Assembly (NCBI GenBank): GCA_965217895.1
Contig: CBDCJV010000002.1
Location: 5,024,001 to 5,088,000, forward strand
DNA length: 64,000 bases
Direction of reading: 5' to 3'
Source: Waterburya sp.
Lineage (GTDB): Bacteria; Cyanobacteriota; Cyanobacteriia; Cyanobacteriales; Xenococcaceae
A program made the translations under genes and the position numbers. Shown one piece after another: positions 1 through 8,204 of this stretch; within the stretch, counting starts at the first letter, position 1; the number at the start of each line of letters is the position of its first letter. The notes under the pieces are model-generated. The model worked only from the letters and a program-made list of their open reading frames with translations. It was not told the origin of the DNA and ran no database searches.

Positions 1-741
1 ATTTAACTGGTGAATATCTTGAGTCATATTTTTGGATTTTTGATAGTTGTCTAAATCTCCTTGTTCAAAATACAGTTTTGCTGCTTTGCGTAAATCTTCT
101 ACTGCTGCTTTTTTACTACCCATCTCTGTATATAAAATGCCTCGATTTGAGTAAGCTTCTGCATATTCTGCATCAATTTTAATAGCTTTGGTATATTCTT
201 CAATGGCTTTTTGCTTTTCCCCCATCTTTTTGTAGCCATGAGCATTTTGACAATACAATTGAGCCGAGTTAAGAGACCCTGCTTGACTTGAAATATTAAC
301 CTGACTCACATTTTCAACTTTGACTGCAAGCTCGTTATATTGAGACTGTAACCTTTGCATATTCTCCCTTGAGCTTCCATCTACTTGCGTTAATTGTTGA
401 GACATATTTTGATAATCTGCATCATACTGAGTTTTTTGCTCACTAGCTGAACGCTGTATTTCCATCATTTGCTCAATGAGATTGCCATGATCGTTTTGAT
501 TATGTTGAATAAGTTGCGCGATCGCCTTATTATTTTCTACAGTTACTAAATTTATCAGTCGTTTGCGATTAATTAAATTGAGTGCAACGCAAGCAGATAA
601 AGGAACTGAAGCTAAGAATATCTTTTCTAAGTATATTGAAGCAACTGTACCTCCAATAGAACCGACTACAGAAACTACTTCAGCAATATTTAACCAGTGA
701 TTATCTTGAATATTTGTTTTTATTGGTAATTGTTTTTCCAT
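1..741 (-). CDS. Membrane-anchored TPR protein (N-terminal hydrophobic hairpin, coiled coil, C-terminal TPRs); Slr0151-like by position; runs off the window start
   Basis: Translated by hand (not in the ORF track): ATG at 741, MEKQLPIKTNIQDNHWLNIAEVVSVVGSIGGTVASIYLEKIFLASVPLSACVALNLINRKRL..., with a TPR-like C-terminal part AIEEYTKAIKIDAEYAEAYSNRGILYTEMG. Confidence 0.8.
   Translation of the reverse strand, partial: MEKQLPIKTNIQDNHWLNIAEVVSVVGSIGGTVASIYLEKIFLASVPLSACVALNLINRKRLINLVTVENNKAIAQLIQHNQNDHGNLIEQMMEIQRSASEQKTQYDADYQNMSQQLTQVDGSSRENMQRLQSQYNELAVKVENVSQVNISSQAGSLNSAQLYCQNAHGYKKMGEKQKAIEEYTKAIKIDAEYAEAYSNRGILYTEMGSKKAAVEDLRKAAKLYFEQGDLDNYQKSKNMTQDIHQLN
518..525. repeat. HIP1 octamer (one example; dozens occur across the window)
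   Basis: GCGATCGC at 518, 5351, 5776 and many sites inside coding regions. Confidence 0.95.
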
Positions 742-864
742 AATCTTTAAAAATAAGTTTAAGTAGAATAAATACTTTAATTTAGTTCTTGCTTTTTGCT
801 AACTAAGGTTACGACAATAATTAATTTTTGTTATGGCAAAAAAATATTCTAGAGACTAAATTTT

Positions 865-1332
865 TTAGCTTATTATGCTTTGATTAAGCTGTAATACTGG
901 CAAAACTAAAGCTAATTCTTCCACAGTTAGAAATTCTTGCAAAACTTCTGGCATCACATTGTACGTTGCCTGAGATATATTCTGAGTTTTATTTGCATTG
1001 ACAATTGTTCGGTGCCAAAGCAAAAGACTGTCCCGTAGCCAATCTAAATCATTGACTAGCATTGCTGCTACAGAACAACGCAAGATAATCATTACATCTC
1101 TACGCCAAATAGAACTTAAGTTTTTAGAACCTTTAGTAAATAAGTTAGGATTCTGCATATCCATCTTCTTTTTGGTTCGGTCTAAAATTTTTTCTTCCTC
1201 GTCGCGAATTTTTTCATAGGAACTGAGGCGTAAGTCAACAGATCGGAGATAATTTTTGATAAATTCTAGTTCTTTATCTGTAGCATAGCGACCGTCAGCT
1301 TCTATGCTTAATTTAGTTAGTTGATTTAACAT
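865..1332 (-). CDS. Phycobiliprotein-like globin-fold protein (Slr0149-like)
   Basis: N-terminal EADGRYATDKEL resembles the phycobiliprotein 'AD..GRY....EL' motif; RD..IILR..AAML core; 155 aa. Confidence 0.8.
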   Translation of the reverse strand: MLNQLTKLSIEADGRYATDKELEFIKNYLRSVDLRLSSYEKIRDEEEKILDRTKKKMDMQNPNLFTKGSKNLSSIWRRDVMIILRCSVAAMLVNDLDWLRDSLLLWHRTIVNANKTQNISQATYNVMPEVLQEFLTVEELALVLPVLQLNQSIIS

Positions 1333-1381
1333 GGCTTGAATTTATTGTTTAGACTTTTTAATTGATTTACGGATTTAAACT

Positions 1382-1855
1382 TTAATTACTAGTAAGATAT
1401 TGGTCTACTTTAATTTGGGTATCTTGAAGTTGAGAAATCATTGTCCGAGTAATTAATTTACCTTCTTCGACCAAAATCTTACCGTTAAGGGGATGCAAAA
1501 TATTTTGTTCTGCCCGACGACCAATTAAACTTTCAATATCCTCAATTTCACTGACATACATTCCCGAAGGAAGTTCAACCACAATTCCCTCGCCTATGAC
1601 TCGCGCTTGACAGGCAAGACGAGAATTCATACCACAGGTGGTAATTGTTTCTAGGGTGCGCTGCTCTTGGCGATTAAGGGGAGAAAGACTTTCCATTCCC
1701 TCTTTAATGTAAATATGACAGGTGGCACATCTACCTTTACCACCACACTGGGGCAGGATATTGATCTCGTTGTTCAAGAGTCCAGATAATAGATTATCGT
1801 TTGTCTTGATTAATGTTTCTTGATTGATTGGGTTAAGCTTAACTGTCTTAGGCAA
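1382..1855 (-). CDS. 2Fe-2S ferredoxin with C-terminal extension (Slr0148-like)
   Basis: CGGKGRCATC (C37, C43, C46) and RLACQ (C82); TTG start preceded by a TAAGGAG RBS. Confidence 0.88.
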   Translation of the reverse strand: MPKTVKLNPINQETLIKTNDNLLSGLLNNEINILPQCGGKGRCATCHIYIKEGMESLSPLNRQEQRTLETITTCGMNSRLACQARVIGEGIVVELPSGMYVSEIEDIESLIGRRAEQNILHPLNGKILVEEGKLITRTMISQLQDTQIKVDQYLTSN

Positions 1856-1908
1856 GGTAAATGCTCCTTATATTTTTAACTGCATATATAAATTGAACAA
1901 GCTAAACA

Positions 1909-2586
1909 TTAAACGCTAGCAGCATTCTCTTTACTAGTTAAACGCTTCATAATCGTGTCATGGTCTAGGTTTTCTGCTAGCCAACCTTCTACTGGTTTAA
2001 GTCTTTCTAACAAACCTACAACGAAGTGATTAGACTCTGCTCCCAGAGATTCGCAGGCAGTTTGTATGCAGTGAAGATTTCGCCCAGTAAGTTGACTAAA
2101 AAAGGCACTATAAATACCTGCTTCTAAAAAACATTGGGGTTGATTTTCTAAAGTTGCTGTTTCTGCAAAAGCGGAATGCTTTACTTCGACTACTAAAAAT
2201 CCTTGTTGGTAATAGTCCATATCAAGATCCATGATGCCCCAACCGTGGGTCTTCCAACATTGCTTCAAAGATTGCAGTAACTCCACCATCTCCATTTGAG
2301 CAATGGGTTTACCATAGTAATTAGTTAATTCTTCTTCTAAGCGTCGGTAAAAATTTTTACCCCACCAACGACCGCAGTTAAATAAAACTATTCCCGCAGC
2401 CGAGCCTACTTCTTCTTTCAAGCTGACATGAATTGCCTGAAGCAAAACCTCTGGCAAAGCTATTAGACGAGAGCCTTGACGATTCTCAATCAAACCAAAT
2501 TCAAAGTCTCCCTGGACATAAGCATTTGGTGCAAAATAATTTCCCAATAAGGACTTGTCTTTGACTAACTCAGCAATTTCAATCAT
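1909..2586 (-). CDS. V4R (4-vinyl reductase) domain protein (Slr0147-like)
   Basis: HGWG strand, PQCFLEAG, HCIQTACESLG motifs of the V4R fold. Confidence 0.85.
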   Translation of the reverse strand: MIEIAELVKDKSLLGNYFAPNAYVQGDFEFGLIENRQGSRLIALPEVLLQAIHVSLKEEVGSAAGIVLFNCGRWWGKNFYRRLEEELTNYYGKPIAQMEMVELLQSLKQCWKTHGWGIMDLDMDYYQQGFLVVEVKHSAFAETATLENQPQCFLEAGIYSAFFSQLTGRNLHCIQTACESLGAESNHFVVGLLERLKPVEGWLAENLDHDTIMKRLTSKENAASV

Positions 2587-2588
2587 TT

Positions 2589-3074
2589 TTATCCTCCTAC
2601 AATATCTAGAATTTTTTCACCCAAAAGTGTCGTCTGTGCTTGTGACAAAAAAGGCTTGATTAAAGCAAACTGTTCTGGGGGGAGTAACTTTTTCAACTGA
2701 GAGAACAATGAGTCATAAATGGTATTTTCTAAAGACTGCATTTGATGAGCCTGTACCATCTCAGTGAGCCACTCAAGAACACTACGCTGAAGATACTCAG
2801 GATTATTGAGTAACATTGCCATAGCGCAATAACGCATTATGGACAGCCAGTGTTTTAAGGCTTTTTGCAAAAGCTGGGGGTCTTCTGCTGCGTGAACTCT
2901 CGAAAGTTCTTCGGCTATAGGTTGAAAGATATCTATTTCATGGTCACGTAAGTATTCATAGACTTTTAATCGTTTAGCCAATGATGCTGCGCAGATTCGG
3001 AATGCTTGCATTTCTAATCTTTTTAAATAGTGATCTTCTGCTAGGTACAGAAGATTTTCAATATCAGATTGCAT
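2589..3074 (-). CDS. Phycobiliprotein-like globin-fold protein (Slr0146-like)
   Basis: AEDHYL...MRYCAMAMLLNNPEYL pattern; paralogous to the ORF at 865-1332. Confidence 0.75.
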   Translation of the reverse strand: MQSDIENLLYLAEDHYLKRLEMQAFRICAASLAKRLKVYEYLRDHEIDIFQPIAEELSRVHAAEDPQLLQKALKHWLSIMRYCAMAMLLNNPEYLQRSVLEWLTEMVQAHQMQSLENTIYDSLFSQLKKLLPPEQFALIKPFLSQAQTTLLGEKILDIVGG

Positions 3075-3084
3075 AGTTATTGAT

Positions 3085-3441
3085 TTAAAATAAGTTAGTG
3101 AAATTATCTAATCTCAGTTCATCACTGGGTGGCGAATCTAATTCTGGAATGAGTTCTAATTTTAATTTAGGTAAAGGTGCAATTTCAGAATCAGATTCCC
3201 AAGGGAAAAGTTGAAAAAAGCTGGCTACAGTTAAATTTAAAGAAAAAACAGGGCGACTAATTTCTGACATTAGTTCTCCTTTCCAATTGCTGTAACTAAA
3301 AAAGTCTTCTATTTTCTGGCATAGCCACGATACTTCCTGAAAAATATCATTAGTATCTACAGTAACTACTTGGGCTTTACCTGACCAATTGCTTTGATTA
3401 CAAAACTCTTCGACAGAAAAATGCTGCCATGAACTGCTCAT
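3085..3441 (-). CDS. Small acidic Trp/Phe-repeat protein (Slr0145-like by position)
   Basis: ATGA overlap with the upstream V4R gene; three internal V/I-x-x-F-F/C-x4-W repeats. Confidence 0.7.
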   Translation of the reverse strand: MSSSWQHFSVEEFCNQSNWSGKAQVVTVDTNDIFQEVSWLCQKIEDFFSYSNWKGELMSEISRPVFSLNLTVASFFQLFPWESDSEIAPLPKLKLELIPELDSPPSDELRLDNFTNLF

Positions 3442-4148
3442 TTAAGATATTCTCCGTTTTGCAATTGCGTTTGAATATCTTTAGCGGTAGCACCTTCATT
3501 TTGCCAAAAGGTAGCTGCATTAATAGTTTCTTTTTTGCCTAACAGAAACTTACAGTAAGTTTCACCCATGGCATAGCATTGAATTTCGATGCAGTCTAAT
3601 TCTTTTTTGATCAAACTACTAAAGAAACCCGCAAACAAACCTGCATAGATATGACAAACTGGTTTACCCACATCTCCTAAGGTACGAGCTACAGCAGAAT
3701 CGAAGATATTAATAAACAAAAATCCATTTTTTTGGTCGCTAAGATCTACGTCCCAGTTACCCCAACCTTGGGCAGTAAATGGCCACCACCAAGCTTCTAA
3801 TACGTAGGGAAGAATGTGTTGATTAATTCCTTTTTCGTAACCAAATTCTTCTTTAAACCATTGACTAAAAAACTTGGCATCTCTTCTGCCCCACTCTGCA
3901 CCAATGTTGTACATTACGACTGAAGAAGCACTACCGATTTCTTGTTCTAAGCCTTCAATCAGACCAATAATGAAATCTTCGGTTACTAAAATATCGCGGG
4001 ATTGATTCCAGTCAATAATTTTGCCCGTATTGCCTTGAAAACAGAAAAAATTATCTAACTTGTAATGCTGATGTTTGGTCGGAAATTTGCTTTTGAGAAA
4101 ATGTTCATTAATCAGCTTTTTATCAGGCTTTGTTGTTGTTGAAACCAT
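3438..4148 (-). CDS. V4R domain protein (Slr0144-like)
   Basis: QGWG, PVCHIYAGLFAGFF, CIEIQCYAMGETYCKF (four Cys). Confidence 0.88.
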   Translation of the reverse strand: MVSTTTKPDKKLINEHFLKSKFPTKHQHYKLDNFFCFQGNTGKIIDWNQSRDILVTEDFIIGLIEGLEQEIGSASSVVMYNIGAEWGRRDAKFFSQWFKEEFGYEKGINQHILPYVLEAWWWPFTAQGWGNWDVDLSDQKNGFLFINIFDSAVARTLGDVGKPVCHIYAGLFAGFFSSLIKKELDCIEIQCYAMGETYCKFLLGKKETINAATFWQNEGATAKDIQTQLQNGEYLK

Positions 4149-4316
4149 TTATATACTCTACTAGTTTAATGAAGCAGCTTGTGATTTTTTAACTCAATTA
4201 TTTTAGTCTTAAATTTAAAACAAAAAACCAGATTTAGCCTCTGTATTTATAAGTACATCTAGCATTCTAATTAGACAAATTTTAAATTGCGCCTGCATTT
4301 CTACGGAAATAAATAT

Positions 4317-5129
4317 CTAGGATATTTTTGTTAGGGCAGAGAAATCTTTGATTATTGAAGAACATAACTTAGTAAAAGAATTCATCCATTCTTGAAACCA
4401 ATATAGTTGTTCTGGGCTGATAAAACTGGAGACAGTTCCTTGAAAAACTATTTGATTTGAGTTGTTAAGTTCAAACTGATTAAGCCAAGCAAAATTTGGG
4501 CGAGAAGAGTGAAAATATTTGGTAGTGATAATGCGACCCATATATTTGCTACCGTAACTATAGAGATGATTAAATTGTGCAAGCAGCTCGTCTACAGCAC
4601 ACTTCTGCATCATTTTAATATGTACCATTCCTACACCTGCAGGATCGAAGTTAGGAGGAATATTCGTATCATCATCATAAATAGACCCTTCTAGATTAGC
4701 CATATTTAGATTAACGCCAATAAAAAAAGCCCCCGTCAAATTAGCACAACGAAAGTCAACTTGAATTGAATTTACGGTATCTAATGAATTGTTGTTCTGA
4801 AGATATTTTGTAGTATTTGTATCTATAAATTTAGTTGCAGAAAGATTTGCTCTAGTAAGATTTGCACCTGCAAAATTTGCTCTATAAAGATTTGCACCAG
4901 TTAAGTTTGCTCTGCTGAGATTGGCATCAGCAAAGTTAACTCCTGTTAGATTAGCCCTACTAAGATTTGCTTGAACTAGGCATGATTCTCTGAGATCGGC
5001 ATTACTCAAATCAACTTGGCTCAAGAAAGCTTTTTCTAGATTAGCTTTTTCAAGCTGTACTTGATGAAATTGCCTACTTCCTAAAGAATATTGTTCACAA
5101 AGTTCAATTGCAGCATTTTTATTAGACAT
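4317..5129 (-). CDS. Pentapeptide-repeat protein with an uncharacterised C-terminal helical domain
   Basis: Many A(N/D)Lxx repeats over roughly residues 20-150, followed by a non-repeat C-terminal region of about 95 aa. Confidence 0.85.
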   Translation of the reverse strand: MSNKNAAIELCEQYSLGSRQFHQVQLEKANLEKAFLSQVDLSNADLRESCLVQANLSRANLTGVNFADANLSRANLTGANLYRANFAGANLTRANLSATKFIDTNTTKYLQNNNSLDTVNSIQVDFRCANLTGAFFIGVNLNMANLEGSIYDDDTNIPPNFDPAGVGMVHIKMMQKCAVDELLAQFNHLYSYGSKYMGRIITTKYFHSSRPNFAWLNQFELNNSNQIVFQGTVSSFISPEQLYWFQEWMNSFTKLCSSIIKDFSALTKIS

Positions 5130-5401
5130 GATTAAAATTCTAGATACGATACTTCTATAAATTAAAGATAATCATTTTTATATCTTGTGTAAAGTACGTA
5201 TAACAGTGATTGAAATAACATTTTAGAAGTTACAATAATTACCTGAAATTAAAAATTAAATGCTTAAGTATTTTTAAGGATATTTAAGAAAAGACACTAT
5301 TTTTTATACTTGTATTCTTTGATAAGTACCTACGCAAAATTAATTACATAGCGATCGCCATAATATTTCTAATTTCTTTTTACGCCATTCAATAATCTTT
5401 T

Positions 5402-5758
5402 GTGTCTCGTTTTCTTCTTGCCAACCGTATGGTACTATTGCCGTTTGTCGATCCCAATTTAGTAGAGTCCGTAAGGGAAAAAGTTGAACGCATCCTTATT
5501 CATGCAGACGATTTACTAAAACCGTATGTTATTTTAAACAACGGTTTGCCAAAACTACACGACTTTAAAGTCAGTACGTTAGTAGACTATCGTGGCGATT
5601 TTGAAACCAAACTCGGCTCAAAAACAAGTCGCATTATTCTATTACGTCCAGATGCTTATGTTGGTTTCGATCTCAATACTATTGATGCCAGTATTTTTGA
5701 GGAGCATTTATTAGGCTGGAAAACCAAAAAATCAACAACGCTACTGGTTTCAAAATAG
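5402..5758 (+). pseudogene. Isolated C-terminal domain of an FAD-dependent aromatic monooxygenase (probable gene remnant)
   Basis: RIILLRPDAYVGF matches the 'LvRPDGyV' motif of the PheA/TfdB-type C-terminal domain; no FAD-binding N-terminal part upstream; weak start codon. Confidence 0.5.
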
Positions 5759-6116
5759 ACTTACGGATAAAATTCGCGATCGCCACTGGCAAGGTTTACT
5801 CTAATTTATTATTCTTGGAGACCAATTTCAATTTTTAATCTGCGATTATGCTTTATTTCTACTTCAGATCGCAGCTTGCAAGCTTTAATCAACCAATTCT
5901 GCGGATATTTTTCCAAAAAAGCTGCCAAAAGTTGATCTCTATTAAAATCAAAATTGCTCTAGATTGAGAAGCGGATTATCTTCTCAGACAATCCTCATGA
6001 AAACTTTAAATACTATCGTATTCTTTTAGGTTAAATTGTGGCATGGCCATGGTAAATTTTGGCTAAACGCTTGCTTTTATATTTCATTGGTTAAAAATTG
6101 AATTACTCTTAATTTT

Positions 6117-6845
6117 ATGTCCACTATTGGAACTCAATCAAGTACAGTTCGTATTTTAATAGTCGATGACCAAGATCTAATTCGTCAGACTATCCAAATG
6201 TACTTAGAAAAAGAGCCAGATCTAGAAATTATTGGCTATGCAGAAAACGGGACAGAAGCTCTAAAACAAATTGAAACACTACAGCCTGATATAGCCATTG
6301 TGGACTTAGAGATGCCTGATATGGATGGTTTAACTACCATTCAAATCATTCGCGATCGCTTTATCCAGACTAAAATTTTAATTCTTAGTAGTCACGACGA
6401 TCAACAACACATTAATCAAGCAATTGAAGCTGGCGCGAAAGGATATTTAGTCAAAGGAACTCCTGCTCAAGAATTAGCCAATGCAGTTCGCAGCCTTAAT
6501 AAAGGTTATTTTCAGCTTGGACCAGGTTTAATGGAAAAACTGGTTATTTCTATGAGCAATTCGGCTGATGCTAATAATAGATCTTTAGAGCAAAAGTTAA
6601 TTATCGCCTTCAAAAAATTTAAGCAGGATACTAATAAACAATTGGATGAATTGGTTGAAACGAAATTATCAGAAATCAATAAACACTTTGAACACGAAAT
6701 GGAGCTGAAAATACTTAGCTCTAAGAAAAGGCAAAATCAGCTCTTTGCCTATGTCAGAAAAGTAGAATTTAGGCTTTATTTATTGCTATTTTTCCAAGTA
6801 ATTACTTTATTCGTAATACTATTTTACTGGATCATTAATTCTTAA
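6117..6845 (+). CDS. NarL-type receiver domain with coiled coil and C-terminal transmembrane helix (no HTH)
   Basis: IVDD, VDLEMP phospho-Asp, LSS, YLVKG; hydrophobic tail LYLLLFFQVITLFVILFYWII. Confidence 0.85.
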   Translation: MSTIGTQSSTVRILIVDDQDLIRQTIQMYLEKEPDLEIIGYAENGTEALKQIETLQPDIAIVDLEMPDMDGLTTIQIIRDRFIQTKILILSSHDDQQHINQAIEAGAKGYLVKGTPAQELANAVRSLNKGYFQLGPGLMEKLVISMSNSADANNRSLEQKLIIAFKKFKQDTNKQLDELVETKLSEINKHFEHEMELKILSSKKRQNQLFAYVRKVEFRLYLLLFFQVITLFVILFYWIINS

Positions 6846-6854
6846 TTGAGTAGG

Positions 6855-7190
6855 TAAGTAGGTGGGTGAAATTAATTAGAGGCTAGTCTCAATAGAAAGT
6901 AACAAGTAATAAGTAACGATGATCATTTAATATGAATTCTAAAAAAGAATGATACAAATTAGGTGACGAGGTGTTTGGAGTAGTGAGGTTTTTACTCTAC
7001 CTCTACCATCTTCTCTATCTCCACCATCTTCTCTATCTCTCCTAGTCCCCAAGTCCCTCAACCGTAGCAAATATTTAAGTATTTCATATAACTTGGTTAT
7101 CAATACAAAACTACCATACGCAAACTAATTAGTAATTACTATAAAATCTTGCTTATTCGGTTTTATATTTAATTTAATTCTGCCTACTTA
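6855..7190. repeat. MITE-like composite repeat with TAAGTAGG...CCTACTTA inverted ends
   Basis: Left end TAAGTAGGTGGGTGAAATTAA, right end TTAATTCTGCCTACTTA; internal heptamer runs and a tandem CCATCTTCTCTATCTCC duplication; core shared with 25133-25181. Confidence 0.6.
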
Positions 7191-7991
7191 CTTAGATGTT
7201 TTACCAAAACTAACAAAATCAAATAATTCTGGATCTGCTAAATGAGAGGGAGAAACGTTCTGCAAACTGTGAAAAAGACTATTAATTCTTCCTGGAGATT
7301 CTCTTTCCCACCCCTGAAGCATTTGCTTGATCTCAATTCGCTGTAAATTTTCTTGACTACCGCATAAATTACAGGGAATGATTGGAAAGTCTTTTACTTT
7401 AGCGTATTTTTCTATTTCTGCTTCAGCACAATAAGCCAAGGGACGAATAACGATATTTTGCCGATCATTGCTCAAAAGCTTAGGAGGCATGGCTTTGAGT
7501 TGACCGCCATGAAACATATTCAGAAATAAAGTCTCGACAATATCATCACGATGATGTCCTAAAGCAATCTTATTAATTCCTTCTTCTGCTGCAACTCGAT
7601 AGAGAATACCTCGACGCAAACGAGAACACAAACCGCACATGGTTTTTCCTTCAGGAATGACTCTAGTAACAGTGCTATAGGTATCTTGTTCGATGATGCG
7701 ATAAGAAACATTTAAGCCAGCTAAATACTCTGGCAAGACGTGGGTGGGAAAACCAGGCTGCTTTTGATCTAGATTAACTGCCAGTAGCTCAAAATCAACA
7801 GGAGCTTTGCGCTGTAAACTAAGCAGCATATCTAACATGGTATAAGAGTCTTTCCCGCCAGATAAACATACCATAACGCGATCGCCATTTTCAATCATCT
7901 TATAATCGGCGATCGCTTTACCTACTTGTCCCCGCAATCGCGCCTGAAGCCTTTTAAAATTATTAGAAGTACGAATCTTAGTCGCTTCCAT
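7188..7991 (-). CDS. ttcA: tRNA 2-thiocytidine(32) synthetase
   Basis: PP-loop [30 protein letters not shown]. Confidence 0.95.
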   Translation of the reverse strand: MEATKIRTSNNFKRLQARLRGQVGKAIADYKMIENGDRVMVCLSGGKDSYTMLDMLLSLQRKAPVDFELLAVNLDQKQPGFPTHVLPEYLAGLNVSYRIIEQDTYSTVTRVIPEGKTMCGLCSRLRRGILYRVAAEEGINKIALGHHRDDIVETLFLNMFHGGQLKAMPPKLLSNDRQNIVIRPLAYCAEAEIEKYAKVKDFPIIPCNLCGSQENLQRIEIKQMLQGWERESPGRINSLFHSLQNVSPSHLADPELFDFVSFGKTSK

Positions 7992-8204
7992 ATCTTAATA
8001 TTCTTATGCTATAGAATGCTTTTTTGCATTGTCTTATCGTATCAACTATTCAAGAAAATTGATATTTGTCCTTCATCTCTGCCGAATGTGGAATATAAAA
8101 CACAAAGAGATATTTCTGTTGAATCAGAAAATATTTAGAGCAAAAGCGATCGCTCATCAGGCTCGAAAAGAGAAGTGCTTATCAGCTGATATTTTTTGCC
8201 AGCA

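Noticed and set aside
5814..5958. Short open frame on the minus strand (SNFDFNRDQLLAAFLEKYPQNWLIK...)
   Set aside because: No start codon (in-frame TAG directly upstream) and no recognisable family.
6855..7190. CRISPR array
   Set aside because: The repeats are heptamers and one tandem duplication, with no regular repeat-spacer period and no cas genes.
7926..8138. 70-aa ORF between ttcA and the DMT gene
   Set aside because: Overlaps the ttcA start antisense, has a weak start and no recognisable features.
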